Origin: Candidatus Moraniibacteriota bacterium
GTDB lineage: Bacteria > Patescibacteriota > Minisyncoccia > Moranbacterales > UBA1568
NCBI GenBank assembly: GCA_043743535.1
Contig: JAYTWI010000020.1
Span: 10,039-74,038 of the forward strand
DNA length: 64,000 nucleotides
Reading direction: 5' to 3'
Shown here piece by piece: positions 55,927 to 64,000 of the stretch. Numbering within the stretch: position 1 is the stretch's first letter; each line of letters begins with the position of its first letter. The notes beneath the pieces are model-generated. The model worked only from the letters and a program-made list of their open reading frames with translations. It searched no databases and was not told the origin of the DNA. The translations under genes and the position numbers were made by a program.

Positions 55927-58497
55927 ATGAAATTTTTCCCTCGCAAGCGCCACATTTCTGCTGAAATAAAGCCAAAAAGTCACCTGTGGGGCATTTTTTG
56001 GAAAGTTTCTTTTTCTTTTTTGGCGTTCTTTCTCGTAATCACGATCGGATCCTTTGCCTATATCGCCAAGGATCTCCCCAACCCCAATACCGTTAACAAC
56101 CGTGTTTTGGCCGAATCGACCAAGATCTACGATCGCACTGGCACTCACCTCCTCTATGAAGTACATGGGGAAGAAAAGCGCACCGTTATCCGCTTTCAGG
56201 ATATGCCCGAAGTCATCAAATATGCCACCATTAGCCTCGAAGACCAGGATTTCTATAACCACCATGGAATTAAACTGACTTCCATCGCTCGTTCGATCTT
56301 CAAAGACGTCGCCCAGCTCGGTAAAGCCCAGGGCGGGTCTACTATCACCCAGCAATTCGTCAAAAACTCCCTTTTGAGCAACGAAAAGACCCTCACTCGC
56401 AAGATTAAAGAGGTTATCTTGTCGTTGGAAGTGGAAACAAAGTTCTCTAAGGATGAGATTTTGGCCATGTACCTCAATGAAATCCCCTATGGCTCAAACG
56501 CCTACGGAGTCGAAGCGGCCGCTCAGACGTTTTTCGGTAAACCAGCCAAGAAGCTTTCATTAGATGAGGCTGCTCTTATCGCTTCGCTCCCCCAGGCTAC
56601 CGCCTACTATTCCCCCTACGGTTCACACCGTGACGCTTTGATAGGCCGCAAAGACTTTGCCTTAAAAACGATGGCCAGACTTGGTTATATTACTGGCGAC
56701 CAAGCAGATGAAGCTATTAATGCCGACACGATAGGAAAAATGCTTCCCCAAAAGGACATTATTGCTGCGCCACACTTCGTCATGTATATCAAAGATTATC
56801 TCCAACAGAAATACGGTGACCAGGCAGTAGAACAGGGCGGTATGAAGGTTATCACCACCCTTGATTATGACAAGCAGCAGCTAGCTGAGACCGCTGTCCG
56901 TGATGGCGCGGGTAACAACAAGAAATGGAAAGCCAATAACGCTGCTTTGGTGGCCATAGATCCAAAAACGGGGCAAATTCTTTCTATGGTAGGCTCAAAA
57001 GATTATTTCGGCGCAGCGGAACCTGCCGGCTGCGTTTCAGGGAAAACATGTACCTTTGAGGCAAATTTTAACGTCGCCACCGCCAATCGTCAACCAGGAT
57101 CATCTTTCAAGCCATACGTCTATCTGACCGCCTTTACCAAAGGCTATCTTCCAGAAACGATGCTCTACGACGTCGATACTCAGTTTGAGACAGCTGAGGG
57201 CAAAAGCTATGCGCCACAGAATTATGATGGCAAATTCCACGGACCGCTCCCGATGATGAAAACTCTCGGTGGATCCTTAAACGTTCCAGCCGTCAAAACG
57301 CTCTACCTCGTAGGGGTGAAAAATGCCATCCAACTTGCCAAAAGCCTGGGTATTAGTGGTCTCAATGACCCTTCGCGCCTGGGATTGTCTCTGGTTTTGG
57401 GCGGCGGAGAAGTCAAACTCCTCGAGCATGTGGCAGCCTACGGATCGCTCGCTACGGGCGGCATCAAACACGAAAAAACCGCTATCTTGCGCATTGAAGA
57501 CCCCAAAGGGCAAGTGCTTGAGGAATACAAACCGAACCCCGGTGAACGGGTGGTGGATGAAAAATACGTCGCTATGCTTGATTCTGTTATGTCTAATAAT
57601 GCAAACCGTTCCTGGGTATTCGGGGAAAACAACCCTCTACGCTTTGACAATCGCCCCGTAGCCGCCAAAACAGGAACCACCAACGAATTCCGTGATGGTT
57701 GGACTATTGGCTTTACTCCCTCGCTTGCAGTGGGTGTGTGGGCCGGCAATAACGACAACTCGCCCATGGTCACCGGGGCTGATGGTGTGAACGTTGCCGC
57801 CCCGATTTGGCGTTCTTTCTTAGACAAGACCCTAACGAACTACCCCATCGAAAATTTCCCCAAATACAATCCAGATGATGAAATCGGTGATGGTGATGGC
57901 AAAACGAACAAACCAATGCTAGCTGGTAAACTGGAATCGAGTAATAACCTCAAGGTATGCGAGATTCCCAAGGATAAAGGGAGCTACTGCCTCGCGAACA
58001 AGTATTGCCGCGACAAAGATGTCACCAAAAAGGATTTTGTCAGTTCTCACGATATTCTCTACTACATTAATCGTGATGACCCTCGTGGGCCTGTCCCGGA
58101 TAAACCAGAAAATGATTCTCAATTTAAAAACTGGGAGAAGGCTGTGGCGGATTGGTATAGTAAACAAAAAGGCGTCATATCTGATCAGGCACCAACCAAG
58201 GACTGCCAAGCCAATGATTTCAAAGGTTATAACCCAAACGTCAGTCTCACTACGCCAAGTAGCACAAGCTCTGCCTCCATCACCTTAAGCGTCAACGCTG
58301 ATGCTCCGTATGGTGTCGATAAAGTCACTTATTCTGTTGATGGCACAGAAGTTGGGACGGCAAATAGTAGCCCATATTCGCTTTCCTACACTATTCCAAC
58401 AGGGAAAAACAATTCCACCCTAAAAATTGAAGCGGAACTGCGTGACCAGAATGGCAATACAGCGAATGACTCGCGTTCGATAAGTGTCGCCTTCTAG
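55927..58497 (+). CDS. class A penicillin-binding protein (bifunctional glycosyltransferase/transpeptidase) with C-terminal extension
   Basis: GT51 motif ISLEDQDFYNHHG. TP active site PGSSFKPYVY (SxxK). N-terminal TM anchor. Confidence 0.9.
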   Translation: MKFFPRKRHISAEIKPKSHLWGIFWKVSFSFLAFFLVITIGSFAYIAKDLPNPNTVNNRVLAESTKIYDRTGTHLLYEVHGEEKRTVIRFQDMPEVIKYATISLEDQDFYNHHGIKLTSIARSIFKDVAQLGKAQGGSTITQQFVKNSLLSNEKTLTRKIKEVILSLEVETKFSKDEILAMYLNEIPYGSNAYGVEAAAQTFFGKPAKKLSLDEAALIASLPQATAYYSPYGSHRDALIGRKDFALKTMARLGYITGDQADEAINADTIGKMLPQKDIIAAPHFVMYIKDYLQQKYGDQAVEQGGMKVITTLDYDKQQLAETAVRDGAGNNKKWKANNAALVAIDPKTGQILSMVGSKDYFGAAEPAGCVSGKTCTFEANFNVATANRQPGSSFKPYVYLTAFTKGYLPETMLYDVDTQFETAEGKSYAPQNYDGKFHGPLPMMKTLGGSLNVPAVKTLYLVGVKNAIQLAKSLGISGLNDPSRLGLSLVLGGGEVKLLEHVAAYGSLATGGIKHEKTAILRIEDPKGQVLEEYKPNPGERVVDEKYVAMLDSVMSNNANRSWVFGENNPLRFDNRPVAAKTGTTNEFRDGWTIGFTPSLAVGVWAGNNDNSPMVTGADGVNVAAPIWRSFLDKTLTNYPIENFPKYNPDDEIGDGDGKTNKPMLAGKLESSNNLKVCEIPKDKGSYCLANKYCRDKDVTKKDFVSSHDILYYINRDDPRGPVPDKPENDSQFKNWEKAVADWYSKQKGVISDQAPTKDCQANDFKGYNPNVSLTTPSSTSSASITLSVNADAPYGVDKVTYSVDGTEVGTANSSPYSLSYTIPTGKNNSTLKIEAELRDQNGNTANDSRSISVAF

Positions 58498-58501
58498 TTC
58501 G

Positions 58502-58840
58502 CTAGCGCTCTTGTGCTATTTTTATCTCAACAATTGCCTCCGTCCCTGCTAGGGTATTGATTTTCCTTTTCAAACTTTCACGCTGTAACCACACCTCATT
58601 TCCCCACAGAGAGCTTTTTGGCGCCAGAAAAAGTTGTTTTTCTTTATAAAAAACTGGTATGATATTTTCTCCACCACGCACACCGTATTCTTCCACTAAA
58701 ACTTTCTTGCAGATATAAAACAAGGTCTTTTCGTCGAGCAAAACACTCCCCCCCTCAGCGAGAGTTCTTTTTTTTGGCAACAATTCTTTCAAAGTCCTCA
58801 TACTTCTCCTGATTTCTAAACCTCGATCATACTGATTCAA
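58502..58840 (-). CDS. DUF721 (DciA-like) protein
   Basis: Small basic protein immediately downstream of dnaN. …LFYICKKVLVEEYG…IIPVFYKEKQLFLAPKSSLWGNEV…. Confidence 0.45.
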   Translation of the reverse strand: MNQYDRGLEIRRSMRTLKELLPKKRTLAEGGSVLLDEKTLFYICKKVLVEEYGVRGGENIIPVFYKEKQLFLAPKSSLWGNEVWLQRESLKRKINTLAGTEAIVEIKIAQER

Positions 58841-58855
58841 ATCACTATAGAGCTC

Positions 58856-60004
58856 TTATTTACGAATAGGCATCATAATATAGAGGTATTCTTCTTTAGG
58901 ATGATTTTTTTCATCAAGCATCCGTAGTCCAGCCGGCGTACTACTGGTATTGGCCATAAAAAGAACTTTTTCGCCACCCAAAGCATTTATCCCCTCCAAA
59001 ACGTAGCGCGGATTGAAAATTATCACCAAATCACCCTCACCCGAAACAAAATCCACTGGTAAAACGGTCTTATTTTCCCCCACTTCTTGAGATTGCGAAA
59101 CAAAAGTACAGTTATTCTGTTCCTTACTGAAATGGAGCACTATTTCACCCGCACTATAGGAAGAAAAGGCTCCCCCAATCTTGATGGCCCTTTGGAGGGA
59201 TTCTCTTTCAAAGATAACTTGTGTGGTAAATGACTGTGGGATGATCTGCTTATAGTCTGGGTATTTTCCATTAATGATGCGAGAAACAATCTCTACCCCA
59301 TCTACCTCAAAAAAAAGCTGATTTTCCTCAAGCGCCATCTGCACCGCTATACTCTCCGGAGTTACCACTCGCATAATTTCACTTAAAACATTCCCTGGTA
59401 GTATTAAAGACTGATTATTTTTGAGAAATTCCTGATACTGTGACCCAGCCCCTGTAAAAGGGATAATCTCTTCCGCCAAGCGAAAACTGTCTGTGGCGGC
59501 AATATGTAGAGCCTGAGGAAAAAATGATATATGCACCCCTGTTAACTCTAGTCGTGCCTCATTCGTACTCACACAGAATAAAAGCCGAGAAAGGGCGTTT
59601 TTTAACTCCTGAGCAGGGAAGGAAAAAAAATATTCCTTTTTATACTGCGGAATAATAGGAAAATCCTTTCCATCCATCCCCTTGATTTTCATTTGGTACG
59701 TAGTACTTATTACTCGGAGATTCTGACTATCACTTTCCAACTCTAAAACATCACCACTAGGTAAATTATGAATAAAGTTACTGAGAATTTTTGCGGGAAC
59801 AGTTATTTTCCCTTCCTTTTCAATCTTTGCTCCAATAACCACGATAACACCAATTTCCAGATTGGTAGCAGAAAGCTTTAATCTCCCCTTTTCTGTTTCC
59901 AAAAGAAAGTTACTTAAAATTGGTAGGGTAGTTTGTTTCCCAACTACTCGTTCAAGATAAGAAAGGGCTTTGGCAAGATTTTCTTGAGTACAGATAATTT
60001 TCAT
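58856..60004 (-). CDS. dnaN: DNA polymerase III beta sliding clamp
   Basis: MKIICTQENLAKALSYLERVV…LPILSNFLLETEKGRLKLSATNLEIG…. Confidence 0.9.
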   Translation of the reverse strand: MKIICTQENLAKALSYLERVVGKQTTLPILSNFLLETEKGRLKLSATNLEIGVIVVIGAKIEKEGKITVPAKILSNFIHNLPSGDVLELESDSQNLRVISTTYQMKIKGMDGKDFPIIPQYKKEYFFSFPAQELKNALSRLLFCVSTNEARLELTGVHISFFPQALHIAATDSFRLAEEIIPFTGAGSQYQEFLKNNQSLILPGNVLSEIMRVVTPESIAVQMALEENQLFFEVDGVEIVSRIINGKYPDYKQIIPQSFTTQVIFERESLQRAIKIGGAFSSYSAGEIVLHFSKEQNNCTFVSQSQEVGENKTVLPVDFVSGEGDLVIIFNPRYVLEGINALGGEKVLFMANTSSTPAGLRMLDEKNHPKEEYLYIMMPIRK

Positions 60005-60266
60005 AGATTGTTTTGGTTAATTATTTAATGAAAGAGAAAGGGGATATTATTATAATTAGGAATGTGGATAACTGGATAACTGAGTGTTTTCTTTCTAATA
60101 GCGAACTTTTATCGGATGGGTGAGTAAAATACTTTAGGATAACTTTCATAATTTTGCGGACAAGTAAGGAGAAGTGAGATGGAGTGGATATTTATTCACT
60201 GCGGGACGATAGTTACACAGGAGCTATACGCTATTTTTCGGTGGTTATACAGGTTTATACAGATGT
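60005..60266. promoter_or_regulatory. dnaN-dnaA intergenic DnaA-box cluster (oriC candidate)
   Basis: Perfect box tgtggataa at 60063-60071. Near-matches ctggataac, taggataac, agtggatat, gtggttata. Confidence 0.55.
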
Positions 60267-61679
60267 TTAACTGTAATAGAGACGTTCACGGAGGGTGGCG
60301 AGCTCTTCTTTGAGACGGAGGCTCTGTTCTTTATTCTTATTAATCTTTTCGTAAGCGTGTAGGACGGTGGTATGGTCACGTCCGCCCAAGAGTTGGCCGA
60401 TGGTGGAAAAAGCGGTTTGGAGTTCTTGACGCAAGAGATACATCATCACCTGCCTTGGATGAGAAATTTCTTTTTTTCGGCCTTTTTTTATCAGATCATC
60501 TTTGGTAATGTTGTAGAATTCACCAATGATACGAAAAACATCATCTACCTGTAAGTTTTTTTTGTTATTTTCAATCAGTTGCGAGAGAATCTTTTCCGTA
60601 TTTTCAATAGTAGGGGGTATTTTGTGAAATTCGCAGTAGGCGACGACTCGGTTGAGCGCCCCTTCGAGTTCACGGATATTTTGGGAAATATTTTCAGCGA
60701 TGAATCGGATGGCTGGAGTGTCTATAATAAAGCCTTTTTCGGCTAATTTTGACTCTAAGATAGCAATCCGTGTCTCGAGGGTAGGACGGCTAATATCAGT
60801 GATCATGCCGCCCTCGAAACGTGAGCGCAGGCGGTCTTCGAGCGTAGGAATGGCCTTCGGGGGGCGATCGCTTGAGATGACGATCTGTTTATTTATCTGG
60901 TAGAGAGCATTAAATATGTGGAAAAATTCATTCTGAGTTTTTTCTCGGCCGGAAAGGAACTGCACATCATCAATAATGAGGAGATCCATTTGCTGGTAGT
61001 ATTCTTTGAATGTATCAATCTTCTGATTTTTGATTGAATCCACCAGTTCAGTAGTAAAGCGTTCAGAAGTGATGTATTTAATGCGCTTTTCTGGGGAGTT
61101 TTTGACAACTTCATTGCCGATAGACTGGAGGAGGTGTGTTTTCCCTAATCCTACCCCACCATAAATGAAAAGTGGGTTGTAGGCCATCCCGAGGTTTTGA
61201 GAAACCGCAAAACAAGCTGCGCGGGCCAGATCGTTATTTTCCGCTACAATAAAATTTTCAAAAGTGTATCGGCTGTTTAAGTTGGCTTCGTGAAAAACTG
61301 GGGGCGTAGATTGTTCATCGCTGAAAGAAGGTTTCTCAATGAGCTTTTTTCGAAAGAATCCTGCATTTTCCGGACTTTTTACGGCATCGACTTTTTTGAT
61401 CGAATCAAGTGCTGGAGAAGTCGTGAATGTTTTATCAAGAGCTAAAGAACAACGTATTTCAGTAATATTGGGGTCGAAACTATATAGGGCCTTTAAGATA
61501 TAATGGTTATATTTATTCTCCAGCCATTCTTTGGCAAAACCATTTGGCACCCCGATAGTGACGACGCCTTCCTGGTTTTTGAGAATGCGGGTATTTTTAA
61601 ACCAGGTAATGAAGTTGGCTTTGGATATGGAGAGTTCAATCTGCCCCAAAACTGCCCGCCATAGCTCTTCATTCGTCAT
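60267..61679 (-). CDS. dnaA: chromosomal replication initiator DnaA
   Basis: AAA+ Walker A GGVGLGKTHLL. C-terminal DNA-binding domain …HTTVLHAYEKI…. Confidence 0.95.
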   Translation of the reverse strand: MTNEELWRAVLGQIELSISKANFITWFKNTRILKNQEGVVTIGVPNGFAKEWLENKYNHYILKALYSFDPNITEIRCSLALDKTFTTSPALDSIKKVDAVKSPENAGFFRKKLIEKPSFSDEQSTPPVFHEANLNSRYTFENFIVAENNDLARAACFAVSQNLGMAYNPLFIYGGVGLGKTHLLQSIGNEVVKNSPEKRIKYITSERFTTELVDSIKNQKIDTFKEYYQQMDLLIIDDVQFLSGREKTQNEFFHIFNALYQINKQIVISSDRPPKAIPTLEDRLRSRFEGGMITDISRPTLETRIAILESKLAEKGFIIDTPAIRFIAENISQNIRELEGALNRVVAYCEFHKIPPTIENTEKILSQLIENNKKNLQVDDVFRIIGEFYNITKDDLIKKGRKKEISHPRQVMMYLLRQELQTAFSTIGQLLGGRDHTTVLHAYEKINKNKEQSLRLKEELATLRERLYYS

Positions 61680-61860
61680 AGAGGCAGAAATTAAAACAAG
61701 TGAAGTAAATTATATCATGGGCACTAAGAACAAGCGAGAGACACGAAAGGGTGAATTGGTGGATAGATGGTGGATAAGTCTGATAAAGGCTCTATAATTG
61801 ACTTTTTTATCATTTCTGATACACTTCATAAACATTCGATAATTTACTCTCTCTCCCTGT
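61680..61860. promoter_or_regulatory. dnaA-rpmH intergenic region with DnaA boxes and AT-rich candidate DUE
   Basis: ggtggatag (61758-66), ggtggataa (61769-77, 1 mismatch to consensus). AT-rich stretch 61791-61850. Confidence 0.5.
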
Positions 61861-62001
61861 ATGTCAAAGAAAACATACCAGCCGAAAAGTCGCAAACGTT
61901 CCCGTCGCCATGGTTTTTTGAAGCGCATGAATACCAAAGGAGGCCAGGCAATCATTACGCGCCGTCGTCGCCAGGGTCGCAAAAAACTCTCTGTCGCCTA
62001 A
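61861..62001 (+). CDS. rpmH: 50S ribosomal protein L34
   Basis: Hand-translated: [46 protein letters not shown]. Below the ORF-track size cut-off. Confidence 0.9.
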   Translation: MSKKTYQPKSRKRSRRHGFLKRMNTKGGQAIITRRRRQGRKKLSVA

Positions 62002-62013
62002 TTGCCTTCCTGT

Positions 62014-62361
62014 ATGCTGAAAAAAGGCTTTCGTCTAAGGAAAAAAGAGGATTTTGACCAGGTGTTTCGCAGAGGGAAACCCCTTTTTTTTGGAGAAATA
62101 GGCTGTAAAGTCTTGCCGAACAAACTGTCTCATTTGCGTCTTGGATTTTCTTTTAGCAAGAAGCATCTGGCTTTGGCAACAGAGAGGAACACTTTGCGAC
62201 GGATACTTTCCGAGGTTTTTACCCTCTCCCCAAAGCAGCCAGCAGAAGCCAGTATGGATATCGTCTTTTTTACCGTTAAAAAGCCAAAAAACATCGGTTT
62301 TTCCGCTATGAAACCACTGGCGGAAAGTGTTATTGAACATCTTGTCCATTCAATAAAATAA
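62014..62361 (+). CDS. rnpA: ribonuclease P protein component
   Basis: MLKKGFRLRKKEDFDQVFRRGK… follows rpmH as in the conserved rpmH-rnpA-yidC-jag order. Confidence 0.85.
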   Translation: MLKKGFRLRKKEDFDQVFRRGKPLFFGEIGCKVLPNKLSHLRLGFSFSKKHLALATERNTLRRILSEVFTLSPKQPAEASMDIVFFTVKKPKNIGFSAMKPLAESVIEHLVHSIK

Positions 62362-62375
62362 ACAAACAGATATTT

Positions 62376-63128
62376 ATGACTGCACTTTTTCACTCCCTCA
62401 TCTTTCAGCCAGTCTACAACATCCTCATATTTTTCAATAACGTTATTCCGGGACATGACTTTGGGGTGGCTATCATCCTCACAACGCTGCTTATCAAGAC
62501 GCTTTTTATCCCCCTTTCCAAGAAGCAGATTGAATCTCAGAAAAAGATGCAGGAACTACAGCCACAGCTGAAGGCAATCCAGAAGAAGTACAAAGACAAT
62601 AAGGAACAGCAAACCAAGGCAGTCATGGCTTTTTACAAGGAAAATAAGGCAAATCCGCTCGCCGGCTGTCTTCCTTTACTTGTCCAATTAGTGGTCTTGA
62701 TTGCCATCTACCGAGTTATTATTACTATTTCGCAAGCCGGATTTACCGTGGAAGCAAGTGATCTCTATGCTTTTATGAGCAATCCTGGGGAAGTACATCA
62801 TTTGTTTCTGAATTTTGTTGATTTGACCAAGCCAAACTATGTGCTGGCCTTTCTTTCGGCTCTAGCACAGTATTTCCAGACAAAAATGCTTTTTCAAAAC
62901 CAGGAAAAGAAAGTGGTGGACAAAGAGACTTCCGAAGAACCAGATTTTGCCACTATAATGAATAAGCAGATGCTTTATTTAGGCCCCGGCATTACTTTTT
63001 TCATCGGTGTGACATTCCCGGCTGCATTGGCTCTTTATTGGCTCTTCTCTACTATCTTTATGATTGGACAACAGTTACTTATCGCCAAAAAGAAACAAGT
63101 TGTCACTCTGCTGACTCAAGGTAAGTAA
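62376..63128 (+). CDS. yidC: membrane protein insertase YidC (short form)
   Basis: …LSKKQIESQKKMQELQPQLKAIQKKYKDNKEQQTKAVMAFYKENKANPLAGCLPLLVQ…. Confidence 0.85.
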   Translation: MTALFHSLIFQPVYNILIFFNNVIPGHDFGVAIILTTLLIKTLFIPLSKKQIESQKKMQELQPQLKAIQKKYKDNKEQQTKAVMAFYKENKANPLAGCLPLLVQLVVLIAIYRVIITISQAGFTVEASDLYAFMSNPGEVHHLFLNFVDLTKPNYVLAFLSALAQYFQTKMLFQNQEKKVVDKETSEEPDFATIMNKQMLYLGPGITFFIGVTFPAALALYWLFSTIFMIGQQLLIAKKKQVVTLLTQGK

Positions 63129-63145
63129 CGTCTAAGAGAAGCGCT

Positions 63146-63625
63146 ATGGCAAACAAACTTGAAACAACCTTCGAAATGATTGTGACTGAGATTCTCACTA
63201 AAATGGGATTTATAGCAACAGTCAAAGTGACAAGCAAAGAAGTCACCCCGATGAGCTTCTATTGTTCCGTCAGGGTGGAAGAAGGCCAGAACCTGCTTAT
63301 TGGCCAATATGGGGTCAATCTAGCTGCTCTTCAGCATATAGTGAGAGTCCTGGCACGTAGGCAGACCGGCGAAACGATGGAGATTGTGGTAGATATCAAC
63401 GATTATTTTGCGGAAAAGAAATCCCTTTTGGAAAGAGAGGCTGAAAAGGCTATGGAAGAAGCATTGCAGAACAATATTTCAGTTGCCCTCCGACCGATGC
63501 TCCCCTATGAACGAAAGATTATCCACGCTTTTCTCTCCACCAAGCCGAGTGTTACCACCGAAAGCGTCGGTCAGGGAGAATCACGGAAAGTGATGATCCG
63601 GCCACATCCAAAAACGGAAGAGTAA
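63146..63625 (+). CDS. jag: Jag/KhpB-like RNA-binding protein (KH + R3H)
   Basis: C-terminal R3H …KIIHAFLSTKPSVTTESVGQGESRKVMIRP. Confidence 0.8.
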   Translation: MANKLETTFEMIVTEILTKMGFIATVKVTSKEVTPMSFYCSVRVEEGQNLLIGQYGVNLAALQHIVRVLARRQTGETMEIVVDINDYFAEKKSLLEREAEKAMEEALQNNISVALRPMLPYERKIIHAFLSTKPSVTTESVGQGESRKVMIRPHPKTEE

Positions 63626-63668
63626 TAAGCCTTCCGAACGACGGACTAAACAGCAATTGTTTTCTAGT

Positions 63669-64000
63669 TATGGTTATTGCCAGAAAAATTGCTTACAATG
63701 TCGTACTGAATTCCTTCCTCAAAGTTTTTTCGACGGTTATTTTGTCGCTTCTTTCTATCAGATTGATGACAGGGTATCTCGGCCAAGAGGGTTTTGGGAA
63801 GTATGCCACTGTTCTAGCCTTCTTTTCTTTCTTCACGGCTTTTGCTGACTTGGGCCTAGGTTCAGTCACGGCTCGCGAAATATCACGTCCCGGCGCCGAC
63901 GAAGGAGAAATCCTCGGCAACGTACTAGCTTTACGGCTTATTTCTTCTTTGACGCTCCTGCTTCTTTCTCCTTTGGTGGCGCTTTTCTCTCCATATGCTC
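63669..64000 (+). CDS. MurJ/Wzx-family flippase, N-terminal part (3' end outside window)
   Basis: ATG at 63669, open to the window end. TM-rich …LLSIRLMTGYLGQEGFGKYATVLAFFSFFTAFADLGLGSVTAREISRPGA…. Confidence 0.55.

Noticed and set aside
61767-62057. 96-aa plus-strand ORF spanning rpmH
   Set aside because: It is out of frame with the clear 46-aa L34 reading frame (61861..62001) and has no similarity.
1-64000. CRISPR arrays, rRNA genes, integrase/transposase genes
   Set aside because: Scanned for regularly spaced direct repeats and for recombinase motifs. None were found. The only tandem repeats are intragenic (giant protein, surface protein).

Overview
The window is about 64 kb of bacterial chromosome around the replication origin. 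The dnaA-dnaN pair is flanked by DnaA-box clusters, with rpmH-rnpA-yidC-jag on the other side, and core genes for polA, pyk, ruvA/ruvB/ruvC, holA, rpsT, fpg, htpX, lemA, tsaE, a class A PBP, FemAB and a Mur ligase. Gene content (a DGR, DUF3048, a giant repeat protein, an orphan type-IV-pilus ATPase, small proteins) suggests an uncultivated, possibly Patescibacteria/CPR-like organism; this is inference. Accessory content, in order of interest:
1. A visibly AT-rich, tightly packed minus-strand operon next to tRNA-Ser(GGA). It encodes an EcoRI-methylase-like m6A MTase, a DUF262::HNH nuclease, a Dcm-type m5C MTase and a MORC-like GHKL ATPase with a zinc ribbon and a C-terminal RNxxxH (HEPN-like) motif, plus a Bro-N/DinD-like gene. 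I read it as a composite, possibly undescribed restriction/defence module.
2. A complete diversity-generating retroelement. RT, Avd-like gene, a 124-bp TR and a 124-bp VR at the 3' end of a 221-aa target differ at 14 positions, all at template adenines. A G10 tract sits in the RT 5' end and the RT stop overlaps the start of a Mur ligase gene.
3. A 1540-aa intracellular tandem-repeat protein with a downstream 440-aa unknown.
4. A 1008-aa tandem fusion of two complete PilB/GspE secretion ATPases.
5. A 7TM, RimK-like ATP-grasp::DTGA-peptidase and CphA-like ATP-grasp cluster.
6. A 74-nt palindromic element present twice in inverted orientation about 49 kb apart.
No CRISPR array, rRNA or integrase was seen.
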